A stretch of 64,000 bases of DNA from a virus (lineage: Duplodnaviria; Caudoviricetes), in IMG/VR virus record IMGVR_UViG_3300027776_000009, one strand, 5' to 3'. A model generated the notes under the pieces. That model worked only from the letters and a program-made list of their open reading frames with translations. It was not told where the DNA came from and did not search any database. The position numbers and the translations under genes were made by a program. Numbering within the stretch: the first letter of the stretch is position 1; every line of letters begins with the position of its first letter. Shown piece after piece: positions 28,698 to 38,302 of the stretch.

Positions 28698-29045
28698 ATG
28701 GCGACGGCCAGTCCTTTGGAAAACTCGTTGACTGATGACGGTCCGTTGGTTTTCTATACCGAAAAGTTTCGCGCAATGATTGAGGCTAACCTCAATTACA
28801 TACGCAGTGCCGGGCAGTTTTATACGGTACCTATTGATCCAGATAAAGCGTACCGTTACGAATACAACTTCTACGGGTTACTCCGTGAACTCAGCGTTCC
28901 TAAACACCTCTTGTGGATTGTTATGCGAGTCAATGGATTAACAGACCCCTCGGAGTTCCAACGCGACGCTAGCTTGCTTTGGATTCCCGATGTGAATGTG
29001 ATTGATCGACTTAAAGCGGTTTACACTAATCTGGACACTCCTTGA
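28698..29045 (+). CDS. Conserved small protein, LysM/baseplate-wedge gp53-like
   Basis: LLWIVMRVNGLTDP..LLWIPD pattern; GGAG RBS before MATAS. Confidence 0.55.
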   Translation: MATASPLENSLTDDGPLVFYTEKFRAMIEANLNYIRSAGQFYTVPIDPDKAYRYEYNFYGLLRELSVPKHLLWIVMRVNGLTDPSEFQRDASLLWIPDVNVIDRLKAVYTNLDTP

Positions 29046-29049
29046 AAAT

Positions 29050-29078
29050 GCTCCCGGCCTAGGCCGGGAGCTATGTCG
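29050..29078. terminator. Bidirectional hairpin
   Basis: GCTCCCGGCC-ta-GGCCGGGAGC TATGTCG. Confidence 0.7.
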
Positions 29079-30446
29079 TTAGATCACATCGCGGCGGCTA
29101 TACCGCCCTCCACGATCATAATCACCACGACGGCGATCGTCGCGATAATCATCACGCCCACGTGCGCGGTCGTAACGATCTTCCCGATATTCGCGGCGGC
29201 GATAACGATCTTCTTCACGGTCTCGCCGCTGTTCCTCCTCGCGGCGTTGTTCCCGATTGGGTCCAAACAACGGTTCGGGTTCCCGTCGGCTATAACGATC
29301 ATCCCGGGTATCGCGATAGTCACGACGATCATCGCGGTCACGCCCCGCAAACGGCGGGCGACGTCCGTTGTTGCGCTGTTGTTCCCTCGCCCAGTCCTGT
29401 AACTCATTGCCGCTACCGGGATTATCACGATACGTCTGAGGTTTCGGTTCCGACTTACGTTCTTCCGGATCAGTATCGCGCGGACGCTCAGTAGGCGGTG
29501 CTTGGGGAGCTGGTGGTTTCGGCATCAAAGCAGACGGCGTGGGCGTAGAAGCCGCCGCACGCTGCACCTCGGAAGGCTTGACTCCTTCGTTACCCACCAT
29601 GGGAGGGAGATGACCCACGTAACGAGACAGATTGTCCAGATCATCCTTCCACGGGGTTTCCGTGATCAGCTCCTTACCCAGTTCCGTGTGAGTCGCGAAC
29701 ATCCGAATACCGGCGTTGACGTAATGCTGAACCAGCAGATACGTCTTCATCAAGCTATCGAAATAAGGAGCCACGTCCGAGTTACTCCCGCGAGAGTAGA
29801 GCTCCGTGGATGCTTCCGGGAGTATCCAGTCAAACAACGCTCGAAGCGTGGCTTTATCCTTCTTCCGCACATCGATCCCAAACACCTGCTTGCTATCCGG
29901 TTTGCTCAGCTCCTGAATGATTGGAAAGGCGATCATAGCACCACGGTTGTACGTGTGACCATTAATTTCCGCCTTGCGTTTAAGGTAAATGGTGATCAAC
30001 TGGTGCTCACCACCCGGAGTAACCTTGGCCATCAGGTTACGGAACAGATCCACGGTTTTCTGATCCACCTCCGGGATCATGGACATCAGGGCAAGCTGGT
30101 CGGGCGTCAGCGTGGAATGTCGGGTCTTGTCAACACAAACCCCCAAGATATCCAGCAGCGCTACACCCAGCGTGGTGTTGAGATGAAAAACCACCAGCTC
30201 CTTGAGTCGCTTAATGACCGGCGACTCCCCCAGAGTGATAGATTCCGACAAGGGGTGAAATGCCTGATAATCACGAACCTTGGCGCTGTTCCGGATTTCC
30301 TTAATCGGAATGACGAGCGGCTTTCCATCCACGAGAACGGGTTTCGATTCTGCGGGACCGGGATAGAGAACGTGACCATCCACGATCTCGCACCCCAGGG
30401 ATGTCAGAATCTCTTCATATACGGTCGTTAATGTCTTGAGCGCCAC
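29079..30446 (-). CDS. phiKZ gp70-like core protein with Arg/Asp/Glu-rich tail
   Basis: AFHPLSESITLGESPV motif; GAGGAG RBS before GTG 30446; synteny. Confidence 0.7.
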   Translation of the reverse strand: MALKTLTTVYEEILTSLGCEIVDGHVLYPGPAESKPVLVDGKPLVIPIKEIRNSAKVRDYQAFHPLSESITLGESPVIKRLKELVVFHLNTTLGVALLDILGVCVDKTRHSTLTPDQLALMSMIPEVDQKTVDLFRNLMAKVTPGGEHQLITIYLKRKAEINGHTYNRGAMIAFPIIQELSKPDSKQVFGIDVRKKDKATLRALFDWILPEASTELYSRGSNSDVAPYFDSLMKTYLLVQHYVNAGIRMFATHTELGKELITETPWKDDLDNLSRYVGHLPPMVGNEGVKPSEVQRAAASTPTPSALMPKPPAPQAPPTERPRDTDPEERKSEPKPQTYRDNPGSGNELQDWAREQQRNNGRRPPFAGRDRDDRRDYRDTRDDRYSRREPEPLFGPNREQRREEEQRRDREEDRYRRREYREDRYDRARGRDDYRDDRRRGDYDRGGRYSRRDVI

Positions 30447-31986
30447 GGCGAGACTCCTCTCTGGATGAACGGCGACGGGGAGCGTTGTCACGATAGTTGT
30501 TCTCCTCGTCGGGGTTAGTGAGTTGCAACAAGGTAGCCGAGAGATCGATCAGGTTATCGTTATGCTCGCTAATCACAGGTGCAAACAGCGCATCTGCAAA
30601 TGACGGCATGATAAAGTCGGTCTCTTGCTCATTGTTGTAAATGATGGTCATGGTGGTGTCGCCCAGAATGTCCACACGCATCCAAACTTGGAGCGTGCAG
30701 TTATTCTGGTGGGTTAAATCCGGCATGACTTCACGCAGGATGCGGCTTTGGATAGCCTCCAGTGCCGGTGTCAAGTCAGTCCCCGCGCACGGAATAGAAT
30801 CCCCGTCTATTTCCTCAAAGATGAAATCCCCCGTCAAGGTATCGTTCGAAGCGTAGAACGCGTACTTGGTAATGAGGTAATCCATCATGAGACCCGGGAT
30901 GCTGAAGCCTAATACCGTGGCAATGATGGTTTCAGGACCTTCGGTGTCCCAGTATTCAGAACTTCCGCGGCTAGGGAGCGCCTGTCGCTGCGGGGTAGTC
31001 AAGGGCCGGATGTTCATGATGCGATCCAGCCCGTTGAATAACCGCAACATCTCACCGAGCGTGATGTAGTGATCCTCTCCGTAATGCGTGTTCTCGTCCA
31101 GATACATCATGAAGCGATCGTTCGAAACGGCGTCTTCTTTAACGCCTGGCATAGCGCGGGCTGTGGCGTACATGCTGGATGATGAGGTGCCAGATACTAA
31201 GCTCCCTACATCGGCGTCCAACTGCCGGCGCGCTTCATTAACACCCCGGAGTGTGCGTTCCAGATAGTTTGTTGCCAAACCGTTGGAACGACGGGATTTA
31301 CGAATCGCATCCCCCCGCATGACCGCTCGCGGGTCAATGATCTCCTCATCCGGGTATTCGGAGTGCAGCATTTGTCCCAAGACATCCATGGGGGTCAACA
31401 GACACAGTCCGTCATCCGTACGATCATGGCGAAAACGACTGCTACCTCGATCGCCGCGTCGAGTAGGAGCAATGTCAGCGGCGGTCAGAATGTGGGAAGA
31501 GTTGACCGGCTGCTGAATGGTTCGGCGCACGCCGTGGTCCTTGACATCCAGCGATCGAGCGATCATGGAGGTATTGAAACGCAATTGCATCTTGCTATCC
31601 AATTCACCCGAAATGGAAGTATCTGCATGGTCGGTATATCCCGTGATATACTCACGAGTCGGGGTTCCGGAATTACCCGGGATTCCGCATTCAGCCACGA
31701 TGATGAAACGGAAACGGCGTGTATCCCAACCGTTGGAGATGTCAGCGCGGCGGCCAGCACGGGTCGTCGGTTGAAGTACGCTTCCCGCCACGCCAGCTAA
31801 CGAAGCCGCGGTCAGGTTGTTTCCGCCGTCCGTAGATTCTTCGAACAGTTTCTGCACCGTTCCGTTGAAGACGCTCTGGTAGGGCCGGAGGTGGGTGTCG
31901 TTATACGTACCCGTTTCGATCATCAGAAACTGAACGATATCCACCTGATACATTTCATGAAAGCCTGTGGTATTTCTCATACGCAA
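30415..31986 (-). CDS. picA: Nuclear import factor PicA/Imp1 (phiKZ gp69-like)
   Basis: 523 aa; RPY, ISNGWDTRRFRF, YITGYTD, PSFADALFAPV; directly after gp68-like. Confidence 0.75.
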   Translation of the reverse strand: MRMRNTTGFHEMYQVDIVQFLMIETGTYNDTHLRPYQSVFNGTVQKLFEESTDGGNNLTAASLAGVAGSVLQPTTRAGRRADISNGWDTRRFRFIIVAECGIPGNSGTPTREYITGYTDHADTSISGELDSKMQLRFNTSMIARSLDVKDHGVRRTIQQPVNSSHILTAADIAPTRRGDRGSSRFRHDRTDDGLCLLTPMDVLGQMLHSEYPDEEIIDPRAVMRGDAIRKSRRSNGLATNYLERTLRGVNEARRQLDADVGSLVSGTSSSSMYATARAMPGVKEDAVSNDRFMMYLDENTHYGEDHYITLGEMLRLFNGLDRIMNIRPLTTPQRQALPSRGSSEYWDTEGPETIIATVLGFSIPGLMMDYLITKYAFYASNDTLTGDFIFEEIDGDSIPCAGTDLTPALEAIQSRILREVMPDLTHQNNCTLQVWMRVDILGDTTMTIIYNNEQETDFIMPSFADALFAPVISEHNDNLIDLSATLLQLTNPDEENNYRDNAPRRRSSREESRRGAQDINDRI

Positions 31987-31996
31987 CTCTCTGTTG

Positions 31997-33577
31997 TTAT
32001 TGGTTGATGAGAATCACCAACCGAGCCAAACGATCTCCGAGGCTAATCGGATCCTGATGCGGGTGCAAACGGATGCGCCCTAGCATGTCCAGTTCAATAC
32101 CTGGGTAACGTTTCAATAAGGTCTCTGGCATAGTGCAAACCCAAGGAACCTCATTAAGGAGACCAACCTGCCGTTGGATCTGGACTACCGCGGGATTTCC
32201 TTTTGCTCCTCCCTCAGGTAGTGTGTATGGGTAAAGTTTTTGGAGCTGTTCCATGTAGCGTGACGTAATCTTCGCCAACCCCATGGTGTCGGTCATGACG
32301 CCGTCTTCCATTTCCATAGGCGCTGCTGTTACGATGGCTGCCAGAAGAGGAAGTTCCCAGTGTAACAACAGCGCTTGAGTAACCCCCATGCAGTTAAGCA
32401 GTGCGCCATGGCGTTTGGTAATATAGTCCATGGCCTGAATTGGCAGCCCTTTCCCGCGGCGGCCGGAACACAAAACCCAAGACATCAACTGCATCTGGGC
32501 TTCTTCAATCGGACGTATATCCTGTTGATGAGCGTGACCCACACACAGCAACACCAGCTCTTCCGGGATATCTGGATCCATGTCGCGAGCCATGACGACA
32601 GGGCTTTCCGCATAAACACCAAACCCCGCTCGATCACCAGCCGGGAGGTCTTCGGCTTTGTTGTAAGCTTCCAGCCGCGATTGATCCTGCATGGGGTCGT
32701 CTTCCCCCTTTTGCGGGTTCTTCTCCTTGACCCCGCCAAACTTCTTATCCAACTCCCGGAGCGTGTAGAAGATGAAAGAGTAAATGTTGCTGATAATCGA
32801 ACCACGGGTGTCGCCAGCATCGACTTCACCGAGAGCCATACGGCGAACCATTACCAACCCCAGTATCCAGTCAGGGAGATCGGCGCTGGATAATCCATCC
32901 AGAATAGCTGCTGCCATCTTGTCGTCCCACGAGGGAGATGACCCAATGGTGGCTTCAATGTAGCGACGCAGACGCAGCACGGGTTCGGAGGTAATCATGG
33001 AGGTCTGTGACAGCAACCCCATGGCGCGGTACTCCTTATACGTGGTTTTGGTTTCCTTCTGGATCAAGGAGAGAAACCATCCCCAAATAGGTACCATCGG
33101 TCGGAGCGCGATGGTTAGTACCACCAACCCGCGATAATCAGACTTCAGATACGTCTTGTCAGGAACCGTGTCCTCTGCATCCAACTCATCCTTCAGTGTA
33201 TCCGGATGCCGGATTTGACCGTGGAGCTCAACCCAGCGCTCTAGTTCTGCGAGCGGCATTTGCTCATACAGCTCTTTGATAATAGGAGCACACACCTCAA
33301 TGAGTTGCCCTAAGGTTGAACGTGTCGCCACCCCACCGCGCAATGCATCTGGCGTAGATGAGATATCTTGAAACACGACCCAAATCTGGCGATATGCTTC
33401 CCAGATTTTCAATCGGCGCTCCAAGGGGAGCCACGCCCAGTACTGGTTGATTTTTCCGAACGCGTCCACCACGGTTCGTAAATTGGTTTTCTCGAAAATA
33501 ACGATTGGCCAAGGGAGCGACTCATTCCCGTTTTCGTTAGTCAGATAGACATAACGCCCTTCTTGATACAGCATCAT
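31997..33577 (-). CDS. nvRNAP promoter-specificity subunit (phiKZ gp68-like)
   Basis: KTYLKSDYRGL..LRPMVPIWG; synteny; GGAGAG RBS before MMLYQ. Confidence 0.75.
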   Translation of the reverse strand: MMLYQEGRYVYLTNENGNESLPWPIVIFEKTNLRTVVDAFGKINQYWAWLPLERRLKIWEAYRQIWVVFQDISSTPDALRGGVATRSTLGQLIEVCAPIIKELYEQMPLAELERWVELHGQIRHPDTLKDELDAEDTVPDKTYLKSDYRGLVVLTIALRPMVPIWGWFLSLIQKETKTTYKEYRAMGLLSQTSMITSEPVLRLRRYIEATIGSSPSWDDKMAAAILDGLSSADLPDWILGLVMVRRMALGEVDAGDTRGSIISNIYSFIFYTLRELDKKFGGVKEKNPQKGEDDPMQDQSRLEAYNKAEDLPAGDRAGFGVYAESPVVMARDMDPDIPEELVLLCVGHAHQQDIRPIEEAQMQLMSWVLCSGRRGKGLPIQAMDYITKRHGALLNCMGVTQALLLHWELPLLAAIVTAAPMEMEDGVMTDTMGLAKITSRYMEQLQKLYPYTLPEGGAKGNPAVVQIQRQVGLLNEVPWVCTMPETLLKRYPGIELDMLGRIRLHPHQDPISLGDRLARLVILINQ

Positions 33578-33653
33578 GGTGTTTCTCTCCAGACCCATTG
33601 ACACTTAGGTAGTACGTATGCGTAGTGAATTGTAGTGCCATAAAGCACTATAG

Positions 33654-33679
33654 GTGCAGGGCGTCGAAACGCCCTGCAC
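33654..33679 (-). terminator. UUCG hairpin
   Basis: GTGCAGGGCGT-TTCG-ACGCCCTGCAC. Confidence 0.7.
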
Positions 33680-33687
33680 AGTCCTTA

Positions 33688-34380
33688 CTAAAAAGGCAAG
33701 TCATCGTCAAAATCGGAACTTCCGCCGGAAGTCTCGTTATCGTTACCACCGCGGCTGAAGCTGTTGCTGCTGCGATTATTACCCCCGCCCTTACTGGGGT
33801 CCATGGTCTTGTGCACGTAGTGCTGCGATGCAACCACTGGCATCAGTTGACGAAGGGTGTGCACCCACGCCAGTGCTGCACTGTTGGATTGTTCAGCGGC
33901 TGTGATTTCCCCACCCCGGCGGGTGATGCTGTGATACATCCGGGATCCGAAATGGAAGATAACCTTGGGGCGGCTCTTGTCGTAGTGCAGAATAGCGATG
34001 AAGACACGGCCTTCCTTATCGCGTCCCACAATAGTGGTTGTTTCCAGAATGGCTTCCTTGACACGCCCGCCTTGCTCACGACTCCAAGGCTTGTTCTTGT
34101 TCTCCATGGTGTAGCTACACTCATCCGGTGTATGCACCACCTTTTCGATGAGCCCCAAGGTCTCCATGAAAGCGGGCATGTCCAGCCCTGCTTTGATGCG
34201 ACCATAATCCTTGTCGTTGGGGAAGTTTGTTCTCACCAGCAGAAAGGGATGATTACTGGCGTAGCCGGGTTCCAGCGAGGGAGCTTGGTTGGCACCGGGA
34301 AGAGGGGGTGCGTACAACTTCAGCTTGGGGTCATTGATGGCGGTTTTGAGGGCTTGTTGCTGCTGATTTCGGTCATTCAT
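33688..34380 (-). CDS. chmC: ChmC-like nucleic-acid-binding protein (phiKZ gp67-like)
   Basis: 230 aa, position just before gp68-like, G/N/S-rich tail ending DFDDDLPF. Confidence 0.65.
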   Translation of the reverse strand: MNDRNQQQQALKTAINDPKLKLYAPPLPGANQAPSLEPGYASNHPFLLVRTNFPNDKDYGRIKAGLDMPAFMETLGLIEKVVHTPDECSYTMENKNKPWSREQGGRVKEAILETTTIVGRDKEGRVFIAILHYDKSRPKVIFHFGSRMYHSITRRGGEITAAEQSNSAALAWVHTLRQLMPVVASQHYVHKTMDPSKGGGNNRSSNSFSRGGNDNETSGGSSDFDDDLPF

Positions 34381-34431
34381 GATGGGTCTCCAGGTACACA
34401 GAGGATGTGTTTATCTGTAAAAACTTACGCC

Positions 34432-35286
34432 TCAGAACAGTGGCCGGATGGTGGCTAACAGTGCAGGTTCATTAGCGAGCTTAACACTCTGGATAATGCG
34501 ATCTTTGGTGGTGAACGCATTCCAGCGGTATTGTTCTGCAATCTTGAGAATAACATCCCGATAGGGTTTCTGGAAGGGGGCAAAAACCCCGCAGGTGTCT
34601 CCAAAGACTTGCAGTGACATCTTGTTAAACGGGATACGTGATAACTCCTTCCCGCTTTGTAGTTTGGTGTTCCACTGATGGTTCTTCTTAACAGCTCCGG
34701 TGTGGGATTCAAGAAGAACCAGTGTCCCGAAGTTTTTAGCCATCACCAGATCCACGGGGAAGTTTGTCAACATCGCACATCGCTTGACGTGCATCTGTAC
34801 AGAAACATCGTAGACTGTTACCTCCTGCTCAGTCTTGTTCTTTAACACCGTTTCAATGGCTTCCTTTTCCAAGGCGGCATAGAAAAGCTGCCGATCAGTA
34901 CGAGGCTCTTTAAGACGGGCATTAGGGAAATCTCGTCTTAACGACATGTGCGAGCAAACGTAGAAGAAGGTTTTGATTTTCCCAATAGAGAGTTGATCAA
35001 TGGTTTCTTTCAGGATAGTCATCTCTTCCATAAGCGCTAATCCATAACTGTGACCATTGACTTGCGTTGCTCCTTCTGCTTCAACAGAACCCTGCATATT
35101 TCGGAACAGGGTGCGGAGATTGATCCAGACTTCATCGACTTCATAAGCGGGTACTGGATCAGTAGATTTGGGCACCCCCTCAGGGGTTTCCAGGATACCA
35201 AACAGCCCCTCAATAGCAAGACTGGTCGGTATGGAGACGGGTATTTTTCCAGTCTCACGACGCTCCAGTATTACAGCGTCATTCAT
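34432..35286 (-). CDS. Conserved core protein (phiKZ gp66-like)
   Basis: WINLRTLFRN, LLESHTG, IPFN..QVFGD. Confidence 0.7.
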   Translation of the reverse strand: MNDAVILERRETGKIPVSIPTSLAIEGLFGILETPEGVPKSTDPVPAYEVDEVWINLRTLFRNMQGSVEAEGATQVNGHSYGLALMEEMTILKETIDQLSIGKIKTFFYVCSHMSLRRDFPNARLKEPRTDRQLFYAALEKEAIETVLKNKTEQEVTVYDVSVQMHVKRCAMLTNFPVDLVMAKNFGTLVLLESHTGAVKKNHQWNTKLQSGKELSRIPFNKMSLQVFGDTCGVFAPFQKPYRDVILKIAEQYRWNAFTTKDRIIQSVKLANEPALLATIRPLF

Positions 35287-36532
35287 GGAGAACCTCCGTT
35301 AACAGATCCCCGCATCGCTCAACCAGATGGGGGTGCTTATGACGAATGCGATCGAGCAATAACGTCCCGATATTATCGGGTTTAATCGTCAGGCGCTGGA
35401 TTTCATGTCGGTTGTCCACCAGTATAATGGCGTCGGTATTATTTTTCCCCGTTTCGCGAATGGACCAGTGGTAATTGGGGTATTCCAACTCTAAGCGAGA
35501 GGTTAGCGTAATCGCGGGGTCCTGTTTCCTACATGACACTCGGACGTGAGAATCTTTGGGAAGGTTTCGCAAAGCGCGCTGTATCTTAGCCAGAGCTTCT
35601 TCTTGATCCAGTTTCTCACACGCGACTGTGATATACTTCTTAGCACCTCGGTTCTCCACGAAGGTAATGATATCGTCATAAACCTCGTGGCGCTGTACTC
35701 GCAAATGTCCCTTAGGTCCTTCCTCGCCATGGCTTAACCGCTGAGTAGACCCAGCGGACAATATGCGCTGGTACTGTGAATACAGATGCACATGCCCTAC
35801 GAAAATGTACGAACGGCATATAGAGAGATACCGGTCCGCGTTGTGGAGTTGGAGCTTCCCGTGTGTGTGCTTGGGCATCTGGTGTTCGAAAGCGCCATGC
35901 ATTACCACATAGTCAACTTTGTCCAGATTCTTGGCGGCCAGCGTTTGAACAACTTCGTCCCAGACCGCGTCAGTGGTGGAGCGATATTCGTCAGGGATAT
36001 AGAGCACATCAATACCAAATCGATCAATGTGCTCAATTTCCATAGCGCTAAAGTAACGGACATCGCACCCTATCTTCGCGTGTTCATTGAGCTTGATAAA
36101 ACGCTCAGACTGTTTCCAGTCATGTGAAGGAGTCCCTTCCAAAACACGCACGACGACGTCCAGCTTCTTACACAGCCGTAAGAAATACAGGATCCATTCT
36201 TCCACCAGTCGGACGGGGTCGGACGATAGGTAGAGTTGTCGATCGAAAAAATCTCCGGCGATGAAGACAATATCGACTTTAGCAAAATCCTCCGTGTTAC
36301 TGAAGATCTGGTAGAGCGTAGCTAAAACTTCCGGAGTGGTTGTCTTGGGGTGTCCTATATGGACATCGCTCAGTTCCAGAATATCCAGAACCCCCGGGGT
36401 CTTACCGGAGCTCGGCGCCGAAGATATCATCGAACTCATCTCGCTTGGGAGGTGCTTTGACAACGGATACATCACCGGGATCCGCTGCTTTGTCACCAGG
36501 TATCGGGATGGTGGGTTTCCCATAACGCGCAA
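35279..36532 (-). CDS. sbcD: SbcD/Mre11-like metallophosphoesterase nuclease (phiKZ gp65-like)
   Basis: SDVH, AGDFFD, GTPSHD, MHG, GHVH; real start probably near 36439. Confidence 0.85.
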   Translation of the reverse strand: MRVMGNPPSRYLVTKQRIPVMYPLSKHLPSEMSSMISSAPSSGKTPGVLDILELSDVHIGHPKTTTPEVLATLYQIFSNTEDFAKVDIVFIAGDFFDRQLYLSSDPVRLVEEWILYFLRLCKKLDVVVRVLEGTPSHDWKQSERFIKLNEHAKIGCDVRYFSAMEIEHIDRFGIDVLYIPDEYRSTTDAVWDEVVQTLAAKNLDKVDYVVMHGAFEHQMPKHTHGKLQLHNADRYLSICRSYIFVGHVHLYSQYQRILSAGSTQRLSHGEEGPKGHLRVQRHEVYDDIITFVENRGAKKYITVACEKLDQEEALAKIQRALRNLPKDSHVRVSCRKQDPAITLTSRLELEYPNYHWSIRETGKNNTDAIILVDNRHEIQRLTIKPDNIGTLLLDRIRHKHPHLVERCGDLLTEVLHE

Positions 36533-36941
36533 AGATGGTGTTCCACATCTTCACGCTCTTCCAGTCCGGGTCAACGCTCTTGACTTGGTCTGTCAGATAG
36601 CGCTGGATATGGAGCTCGCCCAACATGGGCATGCTAGCTGCCTTTTGCTCAGCCAATTGCATTTGCTGCATGACGCCCACTTTGTTGAGCTGCTCCAGAT
36701 ACGAGTCTGAATCATACAGCAGCGGAGGGACTGTGAAAACCAGCGTTCCGGAGTTGTCATAAACCTCTACTTCACGGAACGCAGATCCAGTCACACGAAT
36801 CCATTCTTCAAAAGTGGCTTCCGTGGGTTCACCGGTAAAGAGGGGGAGATAACGGGTTCGGAAAAGCGCTTCCGGGAGACGATTCAGAGGAGCGTTGAGA
36901 ATCTCATCGCAGGCGCTGAGTACTTCAGTGGAGTTTGGCAT
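36402..36941 (-). CDS. Conserved core protein (phiKZ gp59-64 block)
   Basis: RLPEALFRTRYLPLF, VFTVPPL. Confidence 0.6.
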   Translation of the reverse strand: MPNSTEVLSACDEILNAPLNRLPEALFRTRYLPLFTGEPTEATFEEWIRVTGSAFREVEVYDNSGTLVFTVPPLLYDSDSYLEQLNKVGVMQQMQLAEQKAASMPMLGELHIQRYLTDQVKSVDPDWKSVKMWNTIFARYGKPTIPIPGDKAADPGDVSVVKAPPKRDEFDDIFGAELR

Positions 36942-37191
36942 GATTCACCTGTTCTACGAAGCGGACATGTATCTTAAAGAAATCTTCCTTGTGAGTCCAC
37001 GATGACAATATGCCGTCAATGAACTCACAAAGATCGTCTCTCACCGGCGGTGATAAGGTACCGTCCAAATATTCTTCGTGGTAGTATTCGGTCCTGAGAC
37101 CGTGGTCAGTGTTGCGAATCCATACTTGGAGATCCCCTACGAAGTGTGTATCGAAGGGGTCCAATTGGAGATAGGTTGTAACGTGAGGCAT
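36925..37191 (-). CDS. Hypothetical protein
   Basis: 88 aa, GGAGG RBS, coupled to neighbours. Confidence 0.55.
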   Translation of the reverse strand: MPHVTTYLQLDPFDTHFVGDLQVWIRNTDHGLRTEYYHEEYLDGTLSPPVRDDLCEFIDGILSSWTHKEDFFKIHVRFVEQVNHAKLH

Positions 37192-37194
37192 TGC

Positions 37195-37605
37195 TTACCT
37201 CCGCTCAAAGGTCTTGATGCGCTCGATACGTGAATTGGAGATAGTGATCAGTTTACCCAAGCTTTCTTGAACACCGTCCTGGGTCACTAAGACATTGATC
37301 TGGATATTGTACCGAACAGGAGACATTCCAAGATCCGCTTGAGGCTCACCGATACTGACGCTGACGCTGACTTCATCAAAATGCCCCGAGTACAATTGGT
37401 TCAGTGCGTCTTCAATCGAGGCACTCATGGTGTTAAAATCCCCCATGTGGCGCTGAATGAAGTACGTCAAAGACTTAACAGCCCCCGGGAATAATTCGGT
37501 CTGTGAATAATTACTGGTCAGGAAATTGGTTAAGAGCTCAGTGGCTTTTTCACCTATCCCGGCCAGGTATCCGCGTGAGTCCAGAGTGGGTACGACGGCA
37601 GCCAT
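37195..37605 (-). CDS. Conserved core protein, possibly gp25-like baseplate fold
   Basis: MAAVVPTLDSRGY..SNYSQT; GAGG RBS. Confidence 0.55.
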   Translation of the reverse strand: MAAVVPTLDSRGYLAGIGEKATELLTNFLTSNYSQTELFPGAVKSLTYFIQRHMGDFNTMSASIEDALNQLYSGHFDEVSVSVSIGEPQADLGMSPVRYNIQINVLVTQDGVQESLGKLITISNSRIERIKTFERR

Positions 37606-37641
37606 AAGTGACCTCAATGTGTAAAAAATAATGAACAGGAC

Positions 37642-37664
37642 TGAGGCGGGGAGTTCCCGCCTCA
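37642..37664 (-). terminator. Hairpin
   Basis: TGAGGCGGG-gagtt-CCCGCCTCA. Confidence 0.6.
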
Positions 37665-37672
37665 TATGCTGA

Positions 37673-38281
37673 TTACAGCGAACTGTTCCATCGTGAGGTG
37701 GGGTCTTCCTTGCGACGCATCAGATGAATACGCATTTGCTCCCAGGTGCGAAGAATGTCGACCTGATCCAGGAACTCCAACTCTCCGGTTCCCGGCAGCA
37801 GGTCTTCATAGTAGGTTGTAGCTACCCATTCCCCCTCTTCCTCCATAAAGACACCATTTACCACACGACGGTAGTCATAATGATCCTCACCCACCTTACC
37901 CGGTTGGTTATCAGTGTAGGATTCAGAATAACCGTCTACTTGTTGCTGATGATACATCCGGCGAACTGTGGGTTCCGCCATCAACATGGCAATCATACTA
38001 CTAGGCGCATGTTGAACTTCCCCAATCGTTCTGAGATACCGGATTTGATCCGGCATAAAGACATTCTCCGTATATCGCAATGCTGCACGAATCACGCGGG
38101 CAGCTCGGGACTCGTCATAGGGACGATAGACATCACGCTCGATGATCTCACGGAAACGTCTTCCACCATCACGCAGTTTGTGCGTAATGTTGTCAACGTC
38201 GCGAGTCAGATACTCCACCGTTCGGTGATGCTTACGTCCGTAGAGTTCCGCGTCAAAGGCATCAGCCGCAGACACGAACAT
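37673..38281 (-). CDS. phiKZ gp59-like core protein (Imp3 position)
   Basis: MAEPTVR..VDGYS..HYDYRRVVNG..EDPTS. Confidence 0.7.
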   Translation of the reverse strand: MFVSAADAFDAELYGRKHHRTVEYLTRDVDNITHKLRDGGRRFREIIERDVYRPYDESRAARVIRAALRYTENVFMPDQIRYLRTIGEVQHAPSSMIAMLMAEPTVRRMYHQQQVDGYSESYTDNQPGKVGEDHYDYRRVVNGVFMEEEGEWVATTYYEDLLPGTGELEFLDQVDILRTWEQMRIHLMRRKEDPTSRWNSSL

Positions 38282-38302
38282 GTTTCTCTCCTGGGTTGTG
38301 AG

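Noticed and set aside
29079-29400. Possible DNA tandem repeat or CRISPR-like array
   Set aside because: Only low-complexity Arg/Asp codons; no constant repeat-spacer period
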